64,000 nucleotides of DNA, taken from NCBI RefSeq assembly GCF_009914755.1, contig NC_060940.1; one strand, 5' to 3'. Numbering within the stretch: position 1 is the stretch's first letter; each line of letters starts with the position of its first letter. Source of the DNA: the human T2T-CHM13v2.0 reference genome, Homo sapiens. Shown piece by piece: positions 35,938 through 49,925 of this stretch. The position numbers and the translations under genes are program-made. The notes under the pieces are model-generated. The model made no database searches. It saw only the letters and a program-made list of their open reading frames with translations, and was not told where the DNA came from.

Positions 35938-38507
35938 GTAAGGGGGTGCTGGGGAAGAGGGGGGAGGGGGTCAGGAAAGTACCTTTGGAAAGGAAGCTGA
36001 GTGATGAGTTCATGCAGACCTCTGCCAGCCTGGGGACTGTTTCTCCGTCCTGGGGCACAGTAGATATGAATACTGGAAGTTTCTTCCGGCTTCTGGTAGC
36101 GGTGATGTCCCATGCTGGAACCTGAGGCCAGTCTTGCTAGGGCATCCAAGTACCATGATGCCAGCTCTGGTGGCACCTGTCATTCTTTATGTGGGCCCTG
36201 CTCTGTGGGCTGCATCAGTGCTGATGTCGGCCTCAGCTTCGTGTAAGGGTCCTGGGAGACAACCTAGTTGGTTGATTTGCTGAGCCCTGGCAGCTAGGCC
36301 TGGTCACTGCTCCAGCATGCCTCTTGCCTAGTGACAGACTCCCCACACTGCAAGGATTGCTCTGTGGCCGGTGGGTGCCAGTCATGTTTTCAGCTGCCTT
36401 TACTTTAGCCAAGCACTTTGCCTAAAAAGACAGGCTCCTGGTAAAGGCTTAGTCGAAGGCTTGCCGCCTCTCAGAATACCCAGGATGTTTTGATCCCACC
36501 TGGGAATGCACACACCAACCCTCCTGGGAAGCCACAGCACCAGGCGGACTCAGGCCACATCTCCCCTGCCAGGGAGTGGGGCCACGAAGTTGGGCGTTGC
36601 AGCATTTGATGCTCCTGTATACTGCACACCACCTTCTGCCTCTGTGCCTCAGTTTCCCTAGGATATTGCACAGGCCCCTTTGGGGAACAGCAGAGGTACC
36701 CAGCCTTCATTTTGCACTCACCATCCTTACTGCGTGGGCACTGCTGGGTATGCGCTTTGACAAAAGCTGGGCTGGGCCACAGCCACCTGTAATTGATTTA
36801 ACATGTCCTAGAGGACTCTTTATCATCACATATGACAGTGTTGTAAATATCATCAAACACAAAGACTTGATTATGAATGTCAGCCACTTCAAATACTTAG
36901 AAAAGTAGTTTTTTTCTTTTTTCTCCTGGTAGAACTCAGTCAGGAAAAGTATTCTCCAAACTAAAAACAAACGCCCATGTAGCCACAACCAGGACATCAA
37001 ATCCCGTATTTTGTTTCCTTTCCTCCTCCCGTGGAATCTTTGAGTTTATTGCGCACCACCCCCTACATGTTGCCATTCTTTTAGTGCACTCGTATATATC
37101 CAGAAGCAATACACAGTGATTTTTAACTCTCCTAGATGAAATATTTCCATCTTTGCTGGTTTTGTAGGTTTTTTGGTGTGGTGTTGGGAATTATTTCCAT
37201 ACCCCATGGCTGTCAGGCTATTCTTCTGTATTTTCTTCTGTGAGTTTGGCTTTTTCCTGTTCTGCGTAGGATTCATGTGTGTGTACAGAGTAAGGCAGAA
37301 ATCTTAACTGTACCTTTCCCACCCAACCAGTTGTCCTGGCAATGTGTGGGGTGCCCTCTTCCCTGCCTCACTCCCACACCTGCTGGGCCTGGCTTCGCCC
37401 CTGTCAGGCATGACCTGCGCTGACCCCCTCTTCTCTCAGCTACCGCTCAGCTGTTTTTAGCCCATGGCTTTCCCCCAAGGACTTTTCCCCTAAGGATTTT
37501 AGGATCGCCTTATATTCACCCCAAAGAGTCCTGTTAGATTTTCAGTTGCATTGAATTTACAGGCGTGGTTGGCATCCTTTTCCATGAATATGGTACAAAA
37601 CTATTACATCATTTTTGGACGTGAAGTTTTGACTAGATTTAGTTTCAGGTATCACATAGATTTTGGGGGTCTTTGGATTTTTGTGTTGCCTGTGATTATT
37701 CCTTAGATCAGAGGAATCACAGATGATCAAACCTGCAAATACAAGGTTTGGTTCTTTCCTTTTGAATTTGTCTGATTGTCTTGTCACTCCAGTGCTGCCA
37801 AAGAGAGGCACTGGTGGGGCCCTTGTCTGTGAAACTTTAAAGCATCCCATTAAAGAGTGAAGGTTCCCATTTCCGGAGTTTTTCATCCTTTGATTTTTTT
37901 TTTCTTGATGTTGCTCCATCCTTGTTGAATTTGTTAGTACTTTTAGGATTTTTAATGTATGTTCGTTAGTATTAGACTCTAGTTTTATTGTACTTTGGTA
38001 TCCAGATTGTGAGCACTTTCCCTGTTTTTCATTTGCTGAAACACTGTGTATAAGGTAGGGATTTGTCCTGAAAGATGTGAAGTCACTCTCCTGTTGAAAC
38101 TAGGCCTGGTATCTTTTGGTAGAGCAGAGGCTTTATTTTATTAATTAAATCTGTGCTTTAGGTGTACTCTGGCCTTTTTCCAGCAGCCTAAACTGAAAGC
38201 CTATTTTTTTTTTTTTGAAAGCTGCATTTTAAGGCCATCAAATTTCTTCCTAATCTGTATCAAATTGCCTTTAGGTCCTGGATCCTTTGTCTTTATTCCT
38301 GTGTATTGGGCTTAATTTAGTGACGTTTATGTATTTATCGGTACAATTCAAAGGGCTGGGAGCATTGTGGTCCACAGGAGAGGCCTTCGCTGGCTGCACT
38401 GGAGAGAGGTTTTGGGCTCTGCTGGGCAGGGTGTGAAGAGGAGAGCACAAAGCGGGCCTTCGGGCTCCTGCATACGGAAAATACATCACCATCTCCTGTC
38501 TTTTCAG

Positions 38508-38611
38508 AGCAAAATCTGGAGCGGCAGGTGTTACAGACACAATGTAGACGACTGGAGGCCCGGCACTACAGCCTCAGCCTGACGGCAGAGCAGCTCTCCC
38601 ACAGCGTGGCG
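38508..38611 (+). CDS. GSE1: GSE1 exon 15 (104 nt): (E)QNLERQVL...LSHSVA
   Basis: tttcag|AG acceptor, GCG|gtgagt donor. Confidence 0.96.
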
Positions 38612-38727
38612 GTGAGTTGGGAAGGGATGGAAACCTTCAAACACGCAACCTTTTGAGTTTGGGTTCAGAAACACCCATGCAGATAAGTTTCAGAGAGGAA
38701 ATGTGCTCTTAAGAGATCAAAATTTGG

Positions 38728-39128
<401 letters not shown>

Positions 39129-39470
39129 TGAAGGGGTAAATTCAGACACCAGTTGATTATCTAGGATTTACTTATAGAATATCGATCCTGGAAGGGTAGG
39201 GATGCTGTTTGTAGAATGAATTATTGCCTGTATCAGTCTCCTCTACCGTGATTTGCTGAGGAGAGCAGCAGGGTTTTATTAGAGAAGGGAAGCTGAAGCA
39301 ACTGAAACCATCTCACGTGGCTCACAGCCACACTAGCAGGATTGGTTCAGCAGATGTCCTTGGGGGGCAGGGATGGGAAGCAGGTCTCAGATCACTCCCA
39401 AAGTTTTTACATCTGGGGGTTCCAAGAACTCCGAGTTTGAGCCAAGACAGCAGCAGATGCCGATTCTTAA

Positions 39471-39807
<337 letters not shown>

Positions 39808-39917
39808 GGGACATTTTCAAATGTAGGTTTACCCTTCCATCCAGCATGTTTGTACTCTACATGCTTGTCCTTACAGAGGAAACGGGTTGGTTTTGACACA
39901 AATTTCCCTCTCTCCAG

Positions 39918-40052
39918 GAGTTGAGGAGCCAGAAACAGAAGATGGTCTCAGAAAGGGAGCGGCTCCAGGCAGAACTGGACCACTTACGAAAGTGCCTTGC
40001 CTTGCCTGCAATGCACTGGCCTAGGGGCTACCTGAAGGGATATCCCAGGTGA
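39918..40052 (+). CDS. GSE1: GSE1 terminal exon 16 coding part: ELRSQKQK...GYLKGYPR*
   Basis: ctccag|GAG acceptor, TGA at 40050-40052. Confidence 0.96.
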   Translation, partial: ELRSQKQKMVSERERLQAELDHLRKCLALPAMHWPRGYLKGYPR

Positions 40053-43000
40053 CGGTTTCCCTTGCACTAGGCCGAACCTATAGTATAGAAATATTATCTA
40101 TTTTATTACCTTGAATATTTAATATTTTTCACTGGGAGGTTTGAAGCTTACAAAATGAGAATGTGCCATGCATGAAGCAAAGGATTCCAGGCTCCAGAAA
40201 AAATGAATGAACTCACCTTGACGTCAATGCAATTGAATCACCGTTGTCATTCAGCGAGCAACCAATGTAGGATTGCCCACAGTTTTTCTTTTTAAAGGTG
40301 GTTTTCGCCCTTCCTCTCCCACATTATTTCTTAATCTGAACATGAAGGCTCCATTAGCAACACTAAAACTTGATCATTAACAGCCCCCTGTGCATATGAG
40401 TGGATCAAACCGGTTCTGTTCTTTCTTGTGTTGCCATGTTACTATGCCTCAAGCCCAGTTTGCTTTTGCCGCAGCGATGGGGCCAGTCTCATTCCTCCCC
40501 AGGAGTGAAACTTGCTTCAGCTGAAAAGGTTGGGTGCATTGTCAGTAAAAAGGGCTTATTTGTTTCATTTTACTTTCCTGCAAAATTTTCTTCAAAGCAA
40601 CAAGTCCTAGGAGCACACAAAGCAACCCAAAGGCTTTTCCCTGGAAAAGCTCTTTCTTACCTAAAGATAAAACCAATTCACAAACTGAAGGTAGCTTTTT
40701 ATTACTCCGTGGGGAGCATGTACAGAGCTCTGTGTATACACAGCTTCACACCCACCAGATTGTTACTACAGTGGGTTGGGTTTTCATACAGACGTAAATT
40801 TTGAGAGAAAAGTCAAAGGTGCTTCAGCCTTGTACTGTGTATATATATTAAAAAAAAAACAAAGTTTTGTATGTTTTTATTACTTTAACTATTGTTATAA
40901 AAAGCCTGCCATTTTTAATATGTGGTTTGGGGGATTTTTGTTTGTTTTTCCTGTTTGGGGGTTTTGTTTGTTGTTTTGGTTTTTTTTGGGCAAAAAAAAA
41001 AAAAAAACCTTGCTTTTAGTGTTTGTACTGCTGCTGGTCAGGACATTAAAATATTGAAGTGTTTTTAAAAATTAAAGAAGAAGAAAAGTAAAAGAGCTTA
41101 CCACTGGCGCCTATGCGATCACTTCATTTTTAGTTTGAGTTGCACCAGAAGCTGCCGTAGAAAGCCATGCGCTACTGCTTACCTCCTCCACTCCCCCTGC
41201 CTGCCCCCAGCATCTGGACAAGCTAATAGCAAATATTACCCATTGCTATCAAGGGAGGAGGGGGTAGTCTGTAGAACCCATGTGTGACAGTCATGTGCAC
41301 ACATGGGCGGGGGCTTTTAAAAACCTTTCAGGAAGTCAATGATTTCTGTGATTGATATAATTCTAAGGTGTCTGAGAGCAGGTACAGAATAGGAACTTCA
41401 GAGGCTTTGTTTAAACGCAAAGCTTTGTAAAAGCCACAAGGTCTGAGCTGAACCCCTCCTTTTTGAACTTACTGTGACAAGCACAGGAACGGTCAGAAAC
41501 TGGGCTCATCACACCAAGGCAAAGCAACGGGCGAGTCTTCCTCCTTGTCCTAGTTACTGCCTATGGAGGCAGTGTTTAGATCAAGAAGGCCTCTCTTGCT
41601 CCCAAGGGCCCTCACCAGAGGCCAGGGCTGCCAGTCACTGGTCTGGGGGGTGGAGGCCTGAGCTGAGGGCAGGGTGCCTGACCTGTGTGCCGGCTGCTCA
41701 CTGCTGTGACCAGCAGCCGAGCCCTTGGCCCTAGCCCTTGCTGCGCAGAACAGCTTGCTGGCAGCTGGCATCGTGTCGCTTTATCTGCCCCCGCACAGTT
41801 TGCTTTGTACGTCTGCCAAGAATCTTCCAGTTATTAGCAAACTCAGACGAATGTACCGCCAGTATTATCAGCAGTCAACAAGCACCTTCCTCTCCACAGA
41901 AGCAGCTGGAAGAGAACTCGAGGGGCTGTGCTGCAGGCCTCCCCTCGAAAGACACTGGGAGGTCAGCATGTTCCACAGGTGTTCAGAGGGAGTCTGCTAC
42001 AAACTATCAGGGCAAAATCTCACTGGATTTCTCCACTGAAAACCTACTTGAGGTTTCTGGTCTGAAGGCTTAAGAGTCACATCTTAGCACTTCCGCTCTC
42101 AGGCCTCCTCCTCCATCACAGATGTCTGGATGCTTTTGGAAATGGCCTTGGCTAAAGTAAAAGGGAAAAGTAGATCCGATAACTTAAAAACGTAGCTCAT
42201 CCCTTACCATCCAAGGGGCACTCCCTTGGTTGGATTTTCTATGACAGCACAGGGGACAGGTGGCACACCATGAGAGGTCTGCCCAGGGTGGGAGCAGTGT
42301 CACTGTGCTAGCAATAGTTGGCTTCTCCCCTGTCAGTGGAAACCCCACTTCTGCCCGGCCCTTGAGCTTCTTGCCCACTGTCTCCCCATCCTTCCACCTA
42401 CTTGTGGCGATCTGAGTACTCTACTCTTGCTCAAGAAGTAATACGACAATCAGAATACAAACCAGTAAGGCAACACGAATAAACTAAGAAAAAGGTAAGA
42501 ACTGTCTCAAAAACGAAAGCACACCACCCAAGACACAGTACCCAGTCATGGTTTCCCCATCCAACTATTAGTTTCATACTTTGAAAACTTACTTTCAGAT
42601 TATTCTCAAAGAACACAGTAGCACCTAAATCTGTTTTCAATTGGGCTTAAAAATTGACATGCAATCTCTTAAGTTTTTTGTTCAGCTACTTCACACTGAG
42701 TACCTCAAATCTGCTCTGGAGTCGATTATGCCACCTGTGTGTCAGGATGCACCTGAAAGCCCTCGGCTCGGTCGTTAGACCATCTTCCTACATTACCTGG
42801 AAGGGAGCTGCCATCTGTCCCTCTGCAGAGGGATACCTTCCAATAGTAAATTATCTGGTTCCTCACTGAAACAAGTTATTTTTGCTTCATATAGTCAGAG
42901 TCAGACTGACATGATAAAATATCATGTTCCTAATCTGTTGTCTCAGATAAGTGACCAAGACGGGACTTTCCACATTTTAGTCTACATTCTAATCTTAAAG

Positions 43001-43720
43001 GAATAAAGCACTGAATTGGGACTAACATTCTGATAGGTTGCACCCTTAAGAGTATTCAGAGAGCATCAAAAGGAGCCCACACCTTCAGCAGTGAAGGATT
43101 CTAACACAGGGAATCTGCAGTTTGTAGCAGAATGGTATTTTCCTCAAGTAGCTCATAATACTGCCAAATCTCAAAAGTTAAGCTGAATTTCACACCAGAT
43201 CCTACCCCTTTCCCTGAGCCACATGTTTCACACAAGTGTAGAAAATGCCAGGGATCCACCACAAGATGGAGATGGTCAGCACAAACCGATTCTGTTCCTC
43301 TTTAAAGTGTATATTAGCCACTTAGCAATCTCTATATTCTTTCAAGTAACCAAGCTGTTGACTTTCTTACTACTTGCAGTAGCCTGTCCCCAACTTTTCC
43401 ATCCAGTGCTTAACCTAAAAAACTCCTTAACTCTGCCTTGACCTGAGGAAGACCATGCTAACTGGTGTTATTTTGTATGTACCCTGTGCTTAATTCTATA
43501 ACAGTAAACCCCATACGCAGGTGGGAGGGAGGAACACCGGTGCCTCGGTCACTCTGGGGGCAGTTTAGATGCTGTGAAATTAAACCTGTTCTAAGTGTAC
43601 TTGTTTGAATTAATTGTATTGTAATATTATTTGTTGAATGTAGTAATTAGGTATTTATGAATATATTGCTGTAATTTCTGACAACATCCAAAAAATAAAA
43701 TCTTCCTAAATTATGTTAAG
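40053..43720 (+). other. GSE1: GSE1 3'UTR (~3.65 kb, relatively AT-rich, no recognisable Alu); 3' end approximate
   Basis: Follows the stop codon; ends after AATAAA 43694-43699, preceded by several TGTA elements. Confidence 0.8.
43694..43699 (+). terminator. Probable distal GSE1 polyadenylation signal (AATAAA); further AATAAA at 42478-42483 and 43002-43007
   Basis: AATAAA downstream of a U-rich, TGTA-rich block at 43600-43680. Confidence 0.75.
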
Positions 43721-44220
43721 AGGAAAATCTTTTTTATGATATAAAACAAAGCCAAACAAAGAAAAGCTCAATAACTATACATCTCCGCAGACGGAGCTGC
43801 CTCCACTGGCTCAGGCTCTAAGAGGAGGGCATTAGGACCCCTTGCCCTCCACAATAACAAGTGGTTTCATTCTAAAAGATCCCCAGATGAAAGCAGGAGG
43901 ATTCCAAGGAAGGCTGAGATGAAAGAACAAGTCCTATGAGCTGAACCAAGTCTGAACAGCACCTTAAATTATGGAGACCTCATCTTTTGGTCCCAGTCTT
44001 CCAGGTCTGACCCTTCAGTGTCCAAATAACCACCAAAACCTGCCTGGCGGGGACACGTGGGCAGCAACATGGAGTGATAGTGTGCAGCATGCTAGACACT
44101 GGAGGGCAGATGCTGGGTGATAAGTCTTTAGGCTCAGCCTGTCACACATGCGCATTCTCAGAGCTCCCCAGACAGCACCCCACTGCTTTTGGCCCACTGG
44201 TGTCCAGCCAAAAATAGGCT

Positions 44221-44375
44221 GGCCAGGCATGGCGGCTCATGCTTGCAATCCCAGTGCTTTGGGAGGCTGTGGTGGGAGAACTGTGTGAACCCAGGAGTTC
44301 GAGGCTGCAGTGAGCTATAATCACGCCACTCTACTGCAGCCTGGATGACAGAACGAGACCCTGTCTAAAAAAAAA
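44221..44375 (+). mobile_element. Alu monomer (FRAM/FAM-like)
   Basis: ggccaggcatgg...gagaccctgtctaaaaaaa. Confidence 0.85.
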
Positions 44376-44380
44376 GTTAA

Positions 44381-44688
<308 letters not shown>

Positions 44689-44931
44689 AAAAATTAAAGT
44701 TTTTTTTAAAGCTGATTACAGAACCTTCTATCCATTGCATGATGCTGGACGATCATTTCACCTCTCAAGGTAATGTAATTTCTGTAAAGGTCCTAACATT
44801 TCCAAAATGCTACGAATAAAGTAATTTTCTCTTAGGAAAAAAATAATTTCCCCTGAGCCCACTGTTACCTACAACAAAGAATCCTTCCCCAAATCCATCA
44901 AGAGCAGCACTGAAAGTGACTTTTCTTCTAG

Positions 44932-44977
44932 CATTGTCACTCATGCTCAATACATTGTCACTCATGCTCAATACATT
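44932..44977. repeat. Perfect 21-bp tandem duplication (cattgtcactcatgctcaata) x2.2
   Basis: Copies start at 44932 and 44953. Confidence 0.92.
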
Positions 44978-45201
44978 GGATTCGTTTTTTTCCTGACTCT
45001 CCTCTTGATAAGCAACCCATTAAACCTGAGCTAGAAGTAGCCAAGAGAAGGAGACACCCCAGGTGTTGGTCTGCAGTTTCCACTTAACTGCCGTGTGCCT
45101 CAGTTTCGTTGACTGAGTCATCTCAGCCACAGGCTCAGTCCTTTTACTTGGTAGTTACGCAGCACAAAAACCTAGAGAGTCAGAGCTGAGTTGGGTCCAT
45201 T

Positions 45202-45207
45202 TTTATT
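45202..45207 (-). terminator. Probable proximal GINS2 polyadenylation signal (AATAAA on the - strand)
   Basis: TTTATT on + about 520 nt past the GINS2 stop. Confidence 0.7.
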
Positions 45208-45724
45208 GTGGATCAGGGCTTAGAGGATAAGCACCGGTCAGCATTGTTGGCTGCACCATCTGCCATCCTTCTCTGTGAGCCACCTCTGTGAGAGAGTCTA
45301 AATTCAGCCCAAGAAATCAGGATCAAGAAGGGGTAAAAAGCCGTGGACCACATGGCCACTCCTGCTGTATCTACACCTACCAGTCACTGAACACCTGCCC
45401 AAGTGTGATGGCTTCCATGCAGGAGACCCAAGTGGCTCTGCTAGGGAGAATGACTTATTTACCTAAGGCTTTTTTATTTCTCAAAAGTGGGGGGAAAAAG
45501 GGCTGGTTTCTAGAAACAGATGTGGAATTGAAGAATGTCCCAGGGAGCTAAGTTTTAAGGACTAATCACAAACTTGTTTCTCCAACAACATCCTGAATCC
45601 ATTCCTTGCACCATCACACATTTTTCATGCATCAGAAGTGTTTCTAGAGCTCCAGAACCACGAGTACCTCATCACGTCCTGAGCGCTCACATCCCCCAGC
45701 AAGCCGCCTGCACCAGGCCTTTCT

Positions 45725-45850
45725 CTAGAAGTCCTGAGACTGAGTACTCTCCAGAGGCTGGAGGTTCGTGCGGAGTTTGTACATGTGGTTGAGCGCTTGT
45801 GTGAGGAAAGTCCCGCTGGTGTTGATCTCCATCAAGGTCAAGTTATCCAG
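45725..45850 (-). CDS. GINS2: GINS2 exon 5 coding part: [10 protein letters not shown]...STQSQDF*
   Basis: ctttag|CTG acceptor, TAG at 45727-45725; total CDS 558 nt = 185 aa. Confidence 0.98.
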   Translation of the reverse strand: MDNLTLMEINTSGTFLTQALNHMYKLRTNLQPLESTQSQDF

Positions 45851-46052
45851 CTAAAGCAAGAAAACAGACCAAGTTGGCCAAGGAGTTTTTGATTTTGAGA
45901 AAAAGGTAAACTCTACTGAATAAAAATAAGAAACCAATGAACTGTTGAAAAGCACAGCTAGTAATGCCTGCCTGTAATAGCCTCAGCAGACGGGAGCCAT
46001 GTGAAATTATGCGGCATCAAGGCCACCAGCACCCAGGCAAGGCGGCACCTAC

Positions 46053-46179
46053 CTTGGCATGTGCCTCCTGCTGTCTCACAAAGCTGTCAGCAGACACTCG
46101 GAGTTTGGCTATACGAGTGTCCCACATATCCTTGACCAGGGTCCGGATTTCGTCTGCCTTCGGGATGTTGTCTGAAGCA
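46053..46179 (-). CDS. GINS2: GINS2 exon 4 (127 nt): [42 protein letters not shown]
   Basis: ctttag|T acceptor, AAG|gtaggt donor. Confidence 0.98.
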
Positions 46180-49094
46180 CTAAAGGAGCAAGGGCTAAAG
46201 TCAGTCGGGGAACACTTGATAACCTGAGGCAATGCTGGATAGAGTGGCTCTTTTCAGGCAAAATACCGTGGCTATTCCAGACTCAGAAAGTCTGTTTTGC
46301 TTTATTTTCAACTTTAGGGTGTAAAGATTTGTAGCAGTTAAGCTTGGTGCGGCAGTGATCCACATGGAGTTTCTTTTGCTCACATTAACTATCCCATGGC
46401 AGGCTGCTGAACAGGACTGCTGTTTACCTAAGAAAATTAGTAGAGAATCAGCTCTAAGTCAGAAGCCTCTGTCTCAGGATAACAGCATTCCGTGCTGCCT
46501 AACCTCCATCTACAAGGAATCAGTTTCGAGGGCTGGCTCAAAGGTCGAGTTCTATTGCTCCTCATTTACAGAGTGTTGAGCAGATCTCCCTATTCCCCAC
46601 CAGGAATCCAGGGCTCACAGCCTAGAGAAGGAAAACGCCAACTCCATGCCAGGTACTGGGCTCAGCACTTTACCTGGCATTTCTATCCTCACAAAAGCCC
46701 TGAAGGGAAGGGACTCTCCTGCTCTTCAGAGAAGACAAAAACAAGTTTCAAAAATCACAGAAGAAACTGCAAATTAGTATACAGTGAGCACACCTACACA
46801 TAGCAAAATTCTGGCTAGAAGCTCAAAGCCAGCAAGGGATGAAGGAAGGCTTTCACAAAGTCGAGGCTCCCGTTGTGAAGTATTTTAAACTAACCTTTGA
46901 AGAAAAACTACACGATAAAAGCAGAAGCAAATATTGTTCGTCACTAGGCATTACAGGTTACGCTAGACATTCTCTCCATATGCTACAATTAATTCCTGAT
47001 GAGTAAGTGGCAAACCACTGGTACAAAATTTATGTAGTGAGTTTTATTTATAAACCCAAACATTTAGATCTTGTGCTCTCAACAGCAGGTTAAAGGACAA
47101 AGGACCCCAACTCCTCATCAGCTGAACTATAGAACAAACGTAAAATTAAGTCCCTTAACCGAATGAATTATAAAACAAGGTTTTTGATAAAAACTACATC
47201 CATAATATATTGAACTTCAAAAACAAAAAATGGATAGGCCCCCTCACCTAGCTAATGCCAAATTCTTACCTAGCCTGTTTATAGATCCTCTCCCTTCCAG
47301 CTACCATCCCCACCACCACTACAGTCTCTCTCAGGTCCCTCTGAGGCCACATGCCCCTCCCAGGGGCTGGCCACTGCAGCAGAACCTATGCCTCCATTCC
47401 TCTGCTCCCATGAATGTACTACACATCCTCAAATATCTCTGCTTGCCCGGCTACACCAGGTCCTTCACACTCTGCCTGAGCATATCAGTTCCTGCCTCAC
47501 TGCCCTCTCCCCTACCGTCCACCTCCTACAAGTCTGCACTCCCAGCAAACCTCTGTGAGCCCTCTCTGGCACCACCTGGCCTTACTGCGCTCTGATGGAC
47601 TGTCAAGAGCATTGGTCACACTGAAGATTCACTATAGGCTCCCAGGCCCACATCTCTCCCGCACCACACCAGGAAGCAGGCCTATGGGACAAACGCCACT
47701 GCCGAGTGGAATGCTTGGTGCATTGCTGCTTCTCAGCTTTTTATGAAATTCATGGGCTGACTGCAGCCTCATCTCAGCCTAAGCACAAGCCCATGTTGTG
47801 TCCCCAACTTTTCCTTTAAATTCAGCAGCGCCATTCAGTGGGCTCCCAGCCCTTCCTGCTGCTCTGCAGCATGCAGTAGTACTAGTGTCACAATTTTTTA
47901 TTCTAGTTCTGCTCTTGAACCCAGTTAAAGGATACCCGGGGAGCTTCAGAAGCTTGAAATTGTACAAATGACATTCTAAGTATCTCCCAAGCAAAATTAT
48001 CCACCCTTGTCTGCCTTCTTCACTAGTTTCACTTTCACTCAACAAACATGAGCCGCAGGCATCTCACTGGGGACATATGCATACGAGACCCAGCCCCTGC
48101 CCATTTAGAATGGGTACATGTGATGGCACAGCCAGGCAAACAAGAAAATTACAACTGGCAAATGCCATAGCAATGTGTAGAGCTGCCAAGAGTACATGTG
48201 TGCTGAACCCAGAAGAGACATGTTATGCTAACCAGCAGAGGTGAGCAGGGGCAGGGAAAGGACAGACTTACAGGGCAGAGAACAGTATATGCAAAGTCAG
48301 AATGCTTGAAGAAGTGACAGGGGCCAGTGTGAGCCTGAGCCCTCCAGAAGCAGAGAAAAGAGCTGTAGAGAGGGTGAAAGAGGGAGGAGGAGCACGCACT
48401 AGGCTGTACACTGCTTGAACACCACGCTCAGGTAGACGAGAGGGAAGACAGGATTTTAAGCAGGGAGTCACATGGCAGTTCTGCCTTTCAAAGGCCCCTC
48501 TGGCTGAGATGTGAAGAATGAATGGAAAGCTGAGCGGAGCCAGTATGGATGAAGGCAAACAAGCTACGGAGTTACTACAGCATGATTTTGCCAGGAAGTG
48601 GGCTTTCCTGTAACCCAAGGACAGAGGCAAATGTAAGCCCTCTGGCCTTTCCTGCGAAAGACACAAAAAAACTCAAATCCACCTACTCCAAGGAGAAACA
48701 GGAGTAAAGCTGTGCTAAATAAAACACATACATGGCAAAGAATGGCTACTGCCGATTCTGTGAGATGCTGGTGGCTCACACTGGGGTCCAATGTCGAGTG
48801 ATGTGAGGCAGAACAAAAAGAGCCAAGGGCTTCACCGGGAAGTGGAGAAAAGGAAAAATGAGAGACAGAGAAAGGCAAAGAACAGACAGAAAGACACACA
48901 GAGACAGACAGAGTGCACCTGGCAGGTGTGTGTACACAGATGACCTCATGGTCACTGACCTGAGAAACAGGGCGGCCAGTGTTGCCACTTACTGAGGCAA
49001 TAAGCAGGGAAGCGGAGAGGAAGGACGAGGGTTAGGGGAAGGGCATGGCGAGTCCAGTCTTGGGTGTGGCCTCTAAGAGGTGAGATCTACTTAC

Positions 49095-49194
49095 TGATTT
49101 AACAGGAGCTTCGTAAGTTCCATGTAGTAAGGGCTGGGCATTGGGGTAAAAGTTTCTTCCTTTCGTTCATGATCCCTCATCTTCTCCAACTTTT
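49095..49194 (-). CDS. GINS2: GINS2 exon 3 (100 nt): (E)[32 protein letters not shown](H)
   Basis: tttcag|AA acceptor, CA|gtaagt donor; translated by hand (absent from the ORF track). Confidence 0.97.
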
Positions 49195-49533
49195 CTGAAA
49201 TTTAGAAGTTAATACATTTTACCATCATTATAACCAAGATATTTATTAAACCTTCCAAATTTACCAAGTGCCTATATTATCTGGCAAATACATTATCAAC
49301 TAGCAAATACATGAAAAAACATTTTGGGATGACATTTGTATCATTATCTAGATGATTTGAGGCCTCCTCCTTGAAACTTTCTCTCCAAAAGAAAGGTAAA
49401 TTTTTGTCGCTGCTTTAGCCTGCAGAAGATATTCCTAAAAACAATGTTAGAGTCAAAAGTTTGATGTTTGTTGTGTTTTGCTTTTGTTTTTTTTCTTTTT
49501 TAGGGAAACAGCAAAGTGATTTACCTTTACCGC

Positions 49534-49820
49534 CTTTTTTTTTTTTTTTTTTTTTTTTTTTGAGAGGGTCTCTCTCATGCCCAGACTGGAGTGCAGTGGC
49601 ACCATCACAGCTCACTGCAGCTTCAACCTCCTGGGCTCAAGCAATCCTCCCGCCTCAGCCTCCCAAGGAGTAGCTGAGATCACAGGCACATGCCACCATT
49701 TATTTTTTGTAGAGACAAGGTCTCACTATGTTGCCCAGGCTGGTCTCAAACTCCTGTGCTCAAGTGATCGCCCTGCCTCAGCTTCTCGAAGTGCTGGGAT
49801 TATAGGAGTGAGTCACCTGG
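49534..49820 (-). mobile_element. AluJ-like element with a long poly-T tail
   Basis: Antisense Alu. Confidence 0.88.
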
Positions 49821-49925
49821 TCAGTATTAGACCTTTGATGCAATAAGTGATCAAACTAGTCAGTGACTTAAATTTATTTATACTAAGCCTTGTTCAGAAG
49901 GGAGCAAGACAACTTACAAAACTAG

